Shown here in pieces: positions 10,863 through 23,384 of a stretch of DNA of 64,000 bases. The stretch comes from Heterodontus francisci (lineage: Eukaryota). The notes beneath the pieces are model-generated. The model did not search any database. It was not told the origin of the DNA and was given only the letters and a program-made list of their open reading frames with translations. Each line of letters begins with the position of its first letter. The stretch's first letter is position 1. The stretch is taken from contig NC_090399.1 of the NCBI RefSeq assembly GCF_036365525.1, forward strand, positions 52,298,430-52,362,429. Direction: 5' to 3'. A program made the position numbers and the translations under genes.

Positions 10863-13800
10863 ACAAAGAACAAAGAACAGTACAGCACAGGAACAGGCCA
10901 TTCGGCCCTCCAAGCCTGCGCCGATCTTGATGCCTGCCGAAACTAAAACCTTCTGCACTTCCGGGGCCCATATCCCTCTATTCCCTTCCTATTCATATAT
11001 TTGTCAAGATGTCTCTTAAATGTCGCTATCGTATCTGCTTCCACCACCTCCCCTGGCAGCAAGTTCCAGGCACTCACCACCCTCTGTGTAAAAAACTTGC
11101 CTCGCACATCCCCTCTAAACTTTGCCCCTCGCACCTTCAACCTATGTCCCCAAGTAACTGACTCTTCCATCCTGGGAAAAAGCTTCTGACTATCCATTCT
11201 CTCCATGCCGCTCATAACTTTGTAAACCTCTATCATGTCGCCCCTCCACCTCTGTCGTTCCAGTGAAAACAATCCGAGTTTTTCCAACCTCTCCTCATAG
11301 CTAATACCCTCCAGACCGGGCAACATCCTGGTAAACCCCCTCTGTACCCTCTCCAAAGCCTCCACATCCTTCTGATAGTGTGGCGACCAGAATTGCACGC
11401 AATATTCTAAGTGTGGCCTAACTAAGGTTCTGTACAGCTGCAACATGACTTGCCAATTTTTATACTCTATGCTCCGACCGACGAAGGCAAGCATGCTGAA
11501 TGCCTTCTTGACTACCTTATCCACCTGCGTTGCCACTTTCAGTGACCTGTGGACCTGTACGCCCAGATCTCTCTGCCTGTCAATACTCCTAAGGGTTCTG
11601 CCATTTACTGTATACCTCCCACCTGCATTAGACCTTCCAAAATGCATTACCTCACATTTGTCCGGATTAAACTCCATCTGCCATTTCTCCGCCCAAGTCT
11701 CCAACCGATCTATATCCTGCTGTATCCTCTGACAATCCTCATCATTATCCGCAACTCCACCAACCTTTCTGTCGTCCGCAAACTTACTAATCAGACCAGC
11801 TACATTTTCCTCCAAATCATTTATATATGCTACAAACAGCAAAGGTCCCAGCACTGATCCCTACGGAACACCACTAGTAACATCCCTCCATTCAGAAAAA
11901 CACCCATCCACTGTTACCCTCTGTTTTCTGTGACCGAGCCAGTTCTGTATCCATCTTGCCAGCTCACCTCTGATCCCGTGTGACTTCACCTTTTGCACCA
12001 GTCTGCCATGCGGGACCTCGTCAAAGGCTTCACTAAAGTCCATATGGACAACATCCACCGCCCTTCACTCATCAATCATCTTCTTCACTTCCTCAAAAAA
12101 CTCAATCAAATTAATAAGACACGACCTCCCCTTCACAAAACCATGCTGTCTGTCGCTAATAAGTTTGTTTGTTTCCAAATGGGAGTAAATCCTGTCCCGA
12201 AGAATCCTCTCTAATAGTTTCCCTACCACTGACGTTAGGCTCACCGGCCTGTAATTTCCCGGATTATCCTTGCCACCCTTCTTAAACAAAGGAACAACTT
12301 TGGCTATTCTCCAGTCCTCTGGGACCTCACCTGTAGCCAATGTGGATGCAAAGATTTCTGTCAAGGCCCCAGCAATTTCTTCCCTTGCCTCCCTCAGTAT
12401 TCTGGGGTAGATCCCATCAGGCCCTGGGGACTTACCTACCTTAATGCTTTGCAAGACATCCAACATCTCCTCCTTTTTGATAATGAGATGACTGAGACTA
12501 TCTGCACTCCCTTCCCTACGCTCATCATCCATCAAGTTCTTCTCCTTGGTCAATACTGATGCAAAGTACTCATTTAGCACCTCGCCCATTTCCTCTGGCT
12601 CCACGCATAGATTCCCATCTCTGTCCTTGAGTGGGCCAACCCTTTCCCTGGTTACCCTCTTGGTCTTCATATATGTATAAAAAGCCTTGGGATTTTCCTT
12701 AATCCTGTTTGCCAATGACTTTTCATGACCACTTTTAGCCCTCCTAACTCCTTGCTTAAGTTTCTTCCTACTGTCTTTATATTCCTCAAGTGCTTCAACT
12801 GTTCCTAGCCTTCCAGCGCTTACAAATGCTTCCTTTTTCTTTTTGACTACACTCACAATATCCCGTGTTATCCAATCTTCCCGAAACTTGCCAAACTTGT
12901 CTTTCTTCCTCACAGGAACATGACGGTCCTGGATTCTAATCAACTGACATTTGGAAGACTGTCAGATGTTGATTTACCCTCAAACAGCCGCCTCCAATCT
13001 AAATTCTTCAGTTCCTGCCTAATATTGTTATAATTAGCCTTCCCCCAATTTAGCACCTTCACCCGAGGACTACTCTTATCCTTATCCACAAGTACCTTAA
13101 AACTTATGGAATTACGGTCACTGCTCCCGAAATGTTCCCCCACTGAAACTTCGACCACCTGGCTGGGCTCATTCCCCAATACCAGGTCCAGAATGGCCCC
13201 ATCCCTAGTTGGACTATCTACATATTGTTTCAACAAGCCCGACTGGATGCTCCTCACAAATTCTGCCCCATCCAAGCCCCTAGCACTAAGTGAGTCCCAG
13301 TCAATATTGGGGAAGTTCAAATCACCCACCACTACAACCCTGTTACCTTTACATCTTTCCAAAATCTGTCTACATATCTGCTCCTCTACCTCCCGCTGGC
13401 TGTTGGGAGGCCTGTAGTAAACCCCCAACATCGTGACTGCACCCTTCCTATTCCTGAGATCCACCCATATTGCCTCGCTGCATGACTCATCAGGTGTCCT
13501 CCCGCAGTACAGCTGTGATATTCTCCTTAACCAGTAATGCAACTCCCCCACCCCTTTTACATCCCCCTCTATCCCGCCTGAAGCTTCTAAAGCCTGGAAC
13601 ATTTAGCTGCCAATCCTTCCCTCAACCAATTCTCTGTAGCAACAACATCATATTTCCAAGTACTAATCCAAGCTCTAAGTTCATCTGCCTTACCTGTTAT
13701 ACTTCTCGCATTGAAACAAATGCACTTTAGACCACCAGTCCCGCTGTGCTCAACAACATCTCCCTGCCTGCACTTCCTCTTCATCCTACTGGCCTTATTT

Positions 13801-13978
13801 ACTATGCCCTCCTCATTTACTTCACTAGCTGTCCTACTGCTCTGGTTCCCACCCCCCTACCACACTAGTTTAAACCCTCCCGAGTGACTCTAGCAAACCT
13901 TGCAGCCAGGATATTAGTGCCCTTCCAGTTTAGATGCAACCCGTCCTTCTTGTTCTGGTCCCATATGTCCCTGAAGAG
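10863..13978 (-). mobile_element. CR1 LINE, near-complete ORF2 (APE endonuclease + RT) with frameshifts
   Basis: ORFs 13587..13784, 12940..13602 (YRPP, VGDLN), 12065..12943 (SPGPDG, NYRPVSL, QHGF), 11861..12058, 10943..11854 (KFADD); (GTTCTTT)n 3' tail. Confidence 0.97.
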
Positions 13979-14577
13979 GACATTTCAGATTTTCTCCCAG
14001 AAAACACTATTCACAGATTTCCCTTATTTTAAAAAGGAATTTGCTTATTACTAGAAAGTGCTGAACTATTTAAGATATATAAAGGGAAGATGAAGGATGT
14101 TAATCGGACAGGACAGTGCAATATCACCATCTGGTGGCAGAGAGGGGCTGGAATCACTTTCCATTACACTGTGATATGATGAGATTGGAATGTGGGGGAT
14201 CCAACACTCAGGGGCATCAATATAAGTAAGGGCGGAAAATTAAAAAATCTCTGAGTCCAATTTTCTCTAATTTAGTTGGGGAGATCCGTGATTACAAATC
14301 CATTTGAAAAGGGGTTCTTCATCTAAACAGAAATTTGCAAATCACAGCTCGAGCAACCCCTGGCCTTTGAAAAGGGGTGGCATATATATCCTATCAGACA
14401 GTAGTTTGAACTCTGAACTGGGAAGCAAATTTAACAAGAACAACAATGACTTGCGTTTATATAGAGCCTTTAACCTAGAAAAGTTCCTCAGGTGCCTCAT
14501 AGACAGGTAATGAAAGATAAAGGGCATGGAACCAAAGGAAATATTAGGAGAGGTGACCAAAAACTGGTCAAAGAGGT

Positions 14578-16092
14578 CTTCTTTGGGCCTCCTTATCTCG
14601 AGAGACAATGGATATGCGCCTGGAGGTGGTCAGTGGTTTGTGAAGCAGCGCCTGGAGTGGCTATAAAGGCCAATGCTGGAGTGACAGGCTCTTCCACAGG
14701 TGCTGCAGAGAAATTTGTTTGTCGGGGCTGTTGCACAGTTGGCTCTCCCCTTGCGCCTCTGTCTTTTTTCCTGCCAACTACTAAGTCTCTTCGACTCGCC
14801 ACAATTTAGCCCTGTCTTTATGGCTGCCCGCCAGCTCTGGCGAATGCTGGCAACTGACTCCCACGACTTGTGATCAATGTCACACGATTTCATGTCGCGT
14901 TTGCAGACGTCTTTATAGCGGAGACATGGATGGCCGGTGGGTCTGATACCAGTGGCGAGCTCACTGTACAATGTGTCTTTGGGGATCCTGCCATCTTCCA
15001 TGCGGCTCACATGGCCAAGCCATCTCAAGCGCCGCTGACTCAGTCGTGTGTATAAGCTGGGGGTGTTGGCCGCTTCAAGGACTTCTGTGTTGGAGATATA
15101 GTCCTGCCACCTGATGCCAAGTATTCTCCGAAGGCAGCGAAGATGGAATGAATTGAGACGTCGCTCTTGGCTGGCATACGTTGTCCAGGCCTCGCTGCCG
15201 TAGAGCAAGGTACTGAGGACACAGGCCTGATACACTCGGACTTTTGTGTTCCGTGTCAGTGCGCCATTTTCCCACACTCTCTTGGCCAGTCTGGACATAG
15301 CAGTGGAAGCCTTACCCATGCGCTTGTTGATTTCTGCATCTAGAGACAGGTTACTGGTGATAGTTGAGCCTAGGTAGGTGAACTCTTGAACCACTTCCAG
15401 AGCGTGGTCGCCAATATTGATGGGTGGAGCATTTCTGACATTCTGCGCCATGATGTTCATTTTCTTGAGGCTGATGGTTAGGCCAAATTTATTGCAGGCA
15501 GACGCAAACCTGTCGATGAGACTCTGCAGGCACTCTTCAGTGTGAGATGTTAAAGCAGCATCGTCAGCAAAGAGGAGTTCTCTGATGAGGACTTTCCGTA
15601 CTTTGGACTTCGCTCTTAGACGGGCAAGGTTGAACAACCTGCCCCCTGATCTTGTGTGGAGGAAAATTCCTTCTTCAGAGGATTTGAACGCATGTGAAAG
15701 CAGCAGGGAGAAGAAAATCCCAAAAAGTGTGGGTGCGAGAACACAGCCCTGTTTCACACCACTCAGGATAGGAAAGGGCTCTGATGAGGAGCCACCATGT
15801 TGAATTGTGCCTTTCATATTGTCATGGAATGAGGTGATGATACTTAGTAGCTTTGGTGGACATCCGATCTTTTCTAGTAGTCTGAAGAGACCACGTCTGC
15901 TGACGAGGTCAAAGGCTTTGGTGAGATCAATGAAAGCAATGTAGAGGGGCATCTGTTGTTCACGGCATTTCTTCTGTATCTGACGAAGGGAGAACAGCAT
16001 GTCAATGGTCGATCTCTCTGCACGAAAGCCACACTGTGCCTCAGGGTAGACGCGCTCGGCCAGCTTCTGGAGCCTGTTCAGAGCGACTCGAG
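14578..16092 (-). mobile_element. 5'-truncated RTE-clade LINE, uninterrupted RT and C-terminal zinc finger
   Basis: ORF 14630..16000 (AFIDLTKAFD, GVKQGCVLAP, LLFADD, CSTCGRACHSSIGLYSH) extends in frame to ~16090; AAG-type tail; GAGGT direct repeat at 14573-14577 and 16090-16094. Confidence 0.95.
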
Positions 16093-16289
16093 GTAGGCTT
16101 TAGAGATAATAGGGGTAGTCTACAAACTACTGTTCCACCAAATAGCTTTGTTGAATGATAATTTTCTTTAATCCACTGACTGGAGATCTGAATTTATATT
16201 TTTTTGAAGAAATTTAAAAGACACATTTAAAGAAGATGACTTTGCTAGCAGGGTAAGCTGGCTACTTAATTTGCAACAATGGATCATAC

Positions 16290-17148
16290 AATGCAAGGCT
16301 TGTGAGGAGGGAGACGAAATGTCTGCTCATGTCACAGCATGAACCAAGACCCAGGAAGTTTAAGGAAATTGCTTGTTTTTTTCTTTTTAGCCAGAGGGAG
16401 AGAAATACTGCTAATTACTATGCTTGAAACACTGAGTGACTGCCATGTGACAAGCCCCCACCACCCCCCGCCCCCATCTGTGGTTTTAAGTTTGTGTCTT
16501 TCTGCAGCAGAGAAGTGGGAAGCTTATGCACTCTGACATGTGCAGACCCTAAGTGGGGGACCCCTCTCTCTCTCTCTCTCTCGCTCCATTTCAGCTTACA
16601 ATCTTCGAACTCTGGCTGTTGACCGACCACTTTTGCATACTCCGGCCACAATCAGAAACCCCATTGGAGGAAATCAACCCCTTTGTTGTTTCCAAGAGAC
16701 CCATTAAACCAGTCATCTACCTCTTCAAACTAAAAGTCTCAGGACCAGCGAATTCAGCTAGAAGCCAGCTGAATCACCAAATGCCACAGACTGTATACCT
16801 CTTTTTTCTATGGATTTTAACACAATCAATCTATCTTTCCTCACTTTGTAACCTATCCGTATGTGTGTAAACCTCTAGTGTGTGTGCGTGAGTGAAAGTT
16901 GGCACATCATTTATCATTTTCATTAATTCTGTTTAGGTGCAATAAAGTTAACCTTTTGCTTTGTCAAACTCAAGAAAAACTGTCTGATTGGTTCTTGTTA
17001 TGATCATAGCAAGTAAATAATCAAACACTTACTGAATTGGCCAGTACATCGACTTTAAAAATGAATTAAACCTGTTGAGTCAAATAGGGAGAGGAAAAAG
17101 AAAGAAGGCCTTTGACCCCCCCCCACCCCCCCCTCACTTGATCGTAGA
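16290..17148 (+). mobile_element. Solo LTR-like sequence
   Basis: Non-coding, with AATAAA at ~16941. The 3' end CTCACTTGATCGTAGA resembles the LTR end CTCACCTGGTCGTAACA of the element at 34860. Left boundary uncertain. Confidence 0.5.
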
Positions 17149-17440
17149 TAGTGAAAGCTACAGACTTAGGGAAATGAGCAAAAAAAAATCATGGGGGATT
17201 TTAATTATTCTGATTTTAATGGACCAGAAGAGGGGATAAAGGGGATAAGGGAATGGAGTTCCTACAATTTGTGCATGATTCCTTCATTACTCATGACATA
17301 AAAAGCCGAAGAATCACTGAATCTAGTAATGGGGAATGAACCAGAGCAGAAAAGCGAAGTGAAAGTAGGGGTACATCTAGGCAATAGTGACCATAATAAA
17401 CTATGGTTTAAGGTAACAATTGATCAGGACTTAAGCAAAG

Positions 17441-18921
17441 GGTAGGCGGTGGCGTAGTGGTACTATCACTGGACTAATAACCCAGAGACCCAGGGTATTC
17501 CACTGGGGACATGGGTTCGAATCCTACCACAGCAGAAGGTGGAATTTGAATTAATAAATCTGGAATTAAAACTAGTCTAATGATGGCCATGAAACCATTG
17601 TCGATTGTTGTAAAAGCCCATCTGGTTCACTAATGTCCTTTAGGGAAAGAAATCTGCTGTCCTTACCTGGTCTGGCCTACATGTGACTCCAGACCCACGG
17701 CAATGTGGTTAACTCTTACATGCCTAGCAAGCCATTCAGTTGTACCTAACCGCTACGAAGTCTATAAAAAGGAATGAAACCGGACGGACCACCCAGCATC
17801 GACATCGGCACCGGAAACGACAACGGCAAACCCAGCCCTATTGACCCTGCAAAGTCCTCCTTACTAACATCTGGGGGCGTGTGCCAAAGTTGGGAGAGCT
17901 GTCCCACAGACTAGTCAAGCAACAGCCTGACATAGTCATAGTCACGGAATCATACCTTGCAGACAATGTCCCAGACACAGCCATCACCATCCCCGGGTAC
18001 GTCCTGTCCCACCGGCAGGACAGACCCAGCAGAGGTGGTGGCACAGTGGGATACAGTAGGGAGGGAGTTGCCCTGAGAGTCCTCAACATTGACACTGGAC
18101 CCCATGAAGCCTCATGGCATCAGGTCAAACATGGGCAAGGTAACCTCCTACTGATTACCACCTACTGCCCTCCCTCAGCTGATGACTCAGTACTCTTCTA
18201 TGTTGAACAGACATTCAACGGCATTACCATTGCTGAAACCCCCACTATCAACATCCTAGGGGCTACCATTGACCAGAAACTGAACTGGAGTAGCCATATA
18301 AATACCGTGGCTACAAGAGCAGGTCAGAGGCTAGGAATCCTGAGACGAGTAACTCACCTCCTGACTTTCCAAAGCCTGTCCACCATCTACAAGGCACAGG
18401 TCAGGAGTGTGATGGAATACTCTCCACTTGCCTGGATGGGTGCAGCTCCAACAACACTCAAGAAGCTCGACACCATCCAGGACAAAGCAGCCCGCTTGAT
18501 TGGCACCCCATCTTCAAACATTCACTCCCTCCAACACCGACGCACAGTGGCAGTAGTGTGTACCATCTACAAGATGCACTGCAGCAACGCACCAAGGCTC
18601 CTTAGACAGCACCTTACAAACCCACGACCTCGACCAACTAGAAGGACAAGGGCAGCAAATACATGGGAACACCACCACCTGAAAGTTCCGCTGCAAGTCA
18701 CACACCATCCTGACTTGGAACTATATCGGCATTCCTTCACTGTCGCTGGGTCAAAATCCTGGAACTCCCTTCCTAACAGCACTGTGGGTGTACCTACCCC
18801 ACATGGACTGCAGCGGTTCAAGAAGGCAGCTCACCACCACCTTCTCAAGGGCAATTAGGGATGGACAATAAATACTGGCCTGGCCAGCGACGCCCACATC
18901 CCGTGAACGAATAAAAAAATA
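17441..18921 (+). mobile_element. tRNA-headed single-ORF LINE, internally deleted copy
   Basis: A box TGGCGTAGTGG 17450-17460, B box GGTTCGAATCC 17514-17524; EN N-terminus fused to the post-RT region in ORF 17881..18858; A-rich tail. Confidence 0.9.
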
Positions 18922-19503
18922 ATTGAATGTCAAGGGGAGATGGTTAGATTCTCTCTTGCTGGAGATGGCCATTGCCTGGCACTTGTGTGGCACGAATGTT
19001 ACTTGCCACTTATCAGCCCAAGCCTGGATATTGTCTGGGTCTTGCTGCATTTCTGCATGGACTGATTCAGTATTTGAGGAATCATGAATGGTGCTGAACA
19101 TTGTGCAATCATCAGCGATATCCCCACTTCTGACCTTATGATTGAAGGAAGGTCATTGATGAAGCAGCTGAAGGTGGTTGGGCCTCGGACACTACCCTGA
19201 GGAACTCCTGCAATAATGTCCTGGAGATAAGATGATTGACCTCCAACAACCACAACCATCTTCCTTTGCGCTTGGTATGACTCCAGCCAGCGGAGGGTTT
19301 TCCCCCTGATTCCCATTGACCTTAGTTTTGCTAGGGCTCCTTGATGCCATACTTGGTCAAATGCTACCTTGATGTCAAGGGCAGTCACTGTCACCTCACC
19401 TCTTGAGTTCAGCTCTTTTGCCCATGCTTGAACCAAGGCTGTAATGAGGTCAGGAGCTGAGTGGCCCTGGCAGAACCCAAACTGAGAGTCACTGAGCAGG
19501 TTA
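18922..19503 (-). mobile_element. Inverted RT-core segment of the same LINE family
   Basis: ORF 18999..19523 (QFGF, ALDIKVAFD, GVPQGS), homologous to 25330-25900 and 60790-61370. Confidence 0.92.
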
Positions 19504-19509
19504 TTGCAT

Positions 19510-20500
19510 CTGGCATTCCCCAAACCCTCCCCTCACCCGTCTGTTAGTTTAAAGCCCTCTCCACAGTCCTAGTTATGCATTTGGGCAAGACACTGGTTCC
19601 AGTCCGGTTCAAGTGAAGCCCATCCGAACAGAATAGCTCCTCTTCTGTGAGTACTGATGCTAGTGCCCCAAGAATCGAAACCCCTTCTTCCCATACCACT
19701 CTTTGAGCCACACGTTTATTTCGCTAATCTGATTGACCCTGTGCCAATTTGCGTGTGGTTCAGGTAACAATCCGGAGATGATGACCTTTGATCTTCTGCA
19801 TTTTAGTTTGGACACTGACTCCTCAAATTCTCTAAGCAGAACATCATTTCTGGTTCTACCTATGTCATTGGTTCCCACATGGACCACGACAACTGGATCC
19901 TCCCCCTCCCACTCCAGGTTCCTCTCCAGCTGCGACGAGATGTCCTTAACCCTGGCACCGGGCAGGCAACACAGACGTCAGAGCACCCGGTCACAGCTAT
20001 AGAGAACAGTATCTATCCCCCTGACTATACTGTCTCCTATCACTACCACATTTCTCTTCATTGCCCCAACTGAAATGGCATCTTTCACTATGGTGCCATT
20101 GTCAGTTCGCTCATCCACCTTGCAGTCCTTCTCTTCATCCACACAGGTAGCAAGGACCTCGGACCTGTTGGACAAGGTCAGGGGCTGAGGCTCCTCCATC
20201 ACTGCATGCTGATTCCCCCTACCTGCCTCACTCACAGTCACATACTCCTGTCCCTGACCATTGGCTATCTCTAATGTTCGCCTTACTATAAGGGGTGTGG
20301 CTGCCTCCTGGATCAAAGTGTCCAGGTAACTCTCCCCTCCCTGATTCTGCGCAATGTCTGCAACTCAGTCTCCTGCTCAGTAATTCAGAGCTGAAGTCGG
20401 GCAAGCTGCAAACATTGTTGTCCAGGATTTAGGATTGCAGTGCATTCCACAGATTCCCACATGCTGCAGTTCCAGCACAGCACCGCCCCTGCCATCCATC
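19510..20500 (-). mobile_element. CR1 ORF1 relic (zinc finger, coiled coil, SGNH esterase)
   Basis: VVVIGDSIVRG and VHVGTNDIG motifs in ORFs 19978..20316 and 19660..19887; CxxCSMWE near 20450-20480. Confidence 0.9.
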
Positions 20501-20779
20501 TACAATCTTTTTTGAGTCAATTAGTTAATAATTCAAGCTGAATTAATGGAAAGTTGCACTCCCCTACCTTGGAGACAGAGGAAGAAGACTCACCAACTGC
20601 TGGAGGCTGAAAAAGTTAGAAAAAAGGAGCCCCTCCTTCCCCCGCTGCGCCGAATTCCCATATGCACCAAATTTCCAAATTCACTCTGGCAAACGTCTCA
20701 CTCAGGCAACTGCAGCATTCATTTTACCATCAAAGGGGCTGAGAACCCATCGTAAACACAAGGATTGCCTTAGAAGGAG

Positions 20780-21960
20780 CCCCCATAAGCTTCAGGCAGC
20801 TGCTCCTCAATCCTTTCGAGGCCCCACCAGCCCGTCCCTGTTTACCTGGAGTGGTTGAAGACCTGAAAATGGGTCCATGTGTCTCTGGGCCATCTGGTCT
20901 ACCCATCGCTCAACACAGCTCATGGGTGAAGCCATAATGTGGAGGTCGATGTGCATCTCCTGCATTCCCTTGGTGAATGTGGCTCTCCATGAGGGTCACC
21001 CCTCGCTCAATGGAGGAGGCCATGTGCTCATACACCACAGACATTGGGCCACTCATGGACTCCTGCATGAGAGTGAATAGCCATTCAGTCTTGTCAATGC
21101 AGCGCTCACCTCTCATTGACCATGGGCCATGTGAGGCAACCCTGTGTTTCAGTGTGGATGCTGGTCCCTGGTCAGGCCCGATGGATGGGTAAGCCAGCTC
21201 ACCTTACATCTCATGGGCACCAATTCAGACATGCAGGGCTGTGAGTTTGCCGTTATGAATACTACTCACTTTGCCTGACTGCACCAGGTCATTGAAACGC
21301 TTGTGGCACTGCGTACATGTTTGTGTGACCACCCGGCAGTTGTTGACCTTCTCGGCCACCTCCAGCCATGCCTTCATAATGAAGCTTGCTGGCCTCCTCC
21401 TCCAGTCCATTCCTCCTGACCTACAGTATACACTATGTATTTGCAGAGCCTGTTCCTCTGCTGAGTAAAGCTCCATGATCTCTGGGTCCCAGTCTGGGTC
21501 TCGCCCTCTCCCTGGCATTCTGAACTTTCTTCCCTAAGGCAAGGCAGGGGGGGGAATGACAAACCAATGAGTGACTCAGAGGCATGTGTACAACCGATGA
21601 ATTCAGTGTATTCGGTGAGGGAGACTGTTAGGGAGAGGCATCACGAATGTCAGTGATATGCTTTTGAGGAATGTATTAATGATGCCATTTGAAGATGTGT
21701 ACTGGGAATCAGGGGAGCTGACTGAGCTATCAGATTACATGAGGATTAGTGTGATTGGGAGTGTGGATGGAGGAAGGCGGAGGTGAGAGTGAGAGGAGTG
21801 ACGATGAGAGGATGTACAGTGGAACAATGTTGCTGTTGGAAGTGAAGTGAGTGTGAGGATTGCTGTGAATGGAATGGGATTGACATTACAGAGTGGGAGG
21901 GGGTGCACGATATAATTTAGATGCACCGAGACATTTGCTGACCTTTCCTGAACTGGTCAT
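20780..21960 (-). mobile_element. PIF/Harbinger Myb/SANT-like gene relics
   Basis: KAWLEVAEKVN...TCTQCHKRFNDL in ORF 21225..21518, followed by a GTAAG donor. Confidence 0.7.
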
Positions 21961-21963
21961 ATC

Positions 21964-22765
21964 TTTTTTTTTATTTCCAAAATATACTTTATTCATAAAA
22001 ATCTGTAAAAATTACATTGCCAAACAGTTTCCAAACAGCACCAAAAAATACAAACATTGCAAGGGAGATCAGTTTCCTTCAATACTGTCATGAGTTTCTT
22101 CCCAACCCTTCCGTTTCTCAATTGTCATGTCAATTACAGTTTTACATTTACAGCAATTCAGAATATTAACGATACAGTTCGAGGGGTTTCCCATGGATCC
22201 AGCCCCTCAGTCTAGCTTGGTGGGGGAACCTTACACTGTGGTCTTTCCCCATTGAGCCTTTGCTGCGGCTGCCCCAAGCTTTAGTGCGTCCCTCAGCACG
22301 TAGTCCTGGACCTTGGAATGTGCCAGTCTGCAACATTCGGTGGTGGACAACTCTTTGCGCTGGAAGACCAGCAAGTTTCGGGCAGACCAAAGGGCGTCTT
22401 TCACCGAATTTATCGTCCTCCAGCAGCAGTTGATGTTTGTCTCGGTGTGCGTCCCTGGGAACAGCCCGTAGAGCACAGACTCCTGTGTAACAGAGCTGCT
22501 TGGGATGAACCTTGACAAAAACCACTGCATCTCTTTCCACACCTGCTTTGCAAAGGCACATTCCAGGAGGAGGTGGGCGACCGTCTCTTCCCCACCACAG
22601 CCAACGCGGGGGCACTGTGCGGAGGGGGAGAAACTTCGGGTGTGCATGAAGGATCTGACGGGGAGGGCCCTTCTCACCACCAGCCAAGCTACGTCTTGGT
22701 GCTTGTTTGAAAGTTCTGGTGATGAGGCATTCCGCCAAATGACTTTGACGGTCTGCTCGGGAACA
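21964..22765 (-). mobile_element. 5'-truncated Tx1/L1-group LINE (C-terminal CCHC region, 3' UTR, poly-A)
   Basis: ORF 22231..22680 CPRVGCGGEETVAHLLLEC; minus-strand AATAAA and A-tail at 21964-21992. Confidence 0.85.
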
Positions 22766-23384
22766 GGATCTCCCTCCTACTCCTCACTGCACATCTAGAG
22801 AAACAGTTTAAACTCTCCTCAGGGCCTGAATGACGCCATTAATATTATGATGGTCAGGAATGGGGTTGGGCTGGAGGCAAGATCTTGATTTTTAAGATTT
22901 TATCCGCATTCCTGACCCTTTCCTGTCTGTCAAGGGTCAGGGGTTAAAAATCAAGGCTCCAAGTTTAACACAGGCTGAAGAGACTGTCACATGGTTCTCT
23001 CAATACCCTTTGATTTAAATCAGGTCCAAAGTCTAAACCCCAAATCTCTCTCAGGTTGTATTGCCAGTACTTACCCCCTGGAGCTACGACTCCACTCATG
23101 AATGCTTCAAGATGGCTTTGAATATCCTGCTAACAAGGGTGATATTGGATAATCAACTCAGTTATCTAAAGCATTGTCTTGGATGGGATTCTTGTTCGAC
23201 ATGTGTCCCCAGTTCGATGTCCTGGAATATGAGGTATTTCAATGCAAATTCTGGTGGCCATCTTGGCTGCCAACTTTCAACAAGTTAAATGTAGGATCTC
23301 ACCTTTCCTTTTTAAACGTTTAATTGTGAGGTTCTAATTAATAAGTTAAGAATCCTCATTTGGCTTAGCATGTTTTTTTTTCTT

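Noticed and set aside
17441-17535. tRNA gene
   Set aside because: A and B boxes are present, but there is no convincing cloverleaf or terminator, and it is fixed to a retroelement body. The same applies to 58941 and the V-SINE heads.
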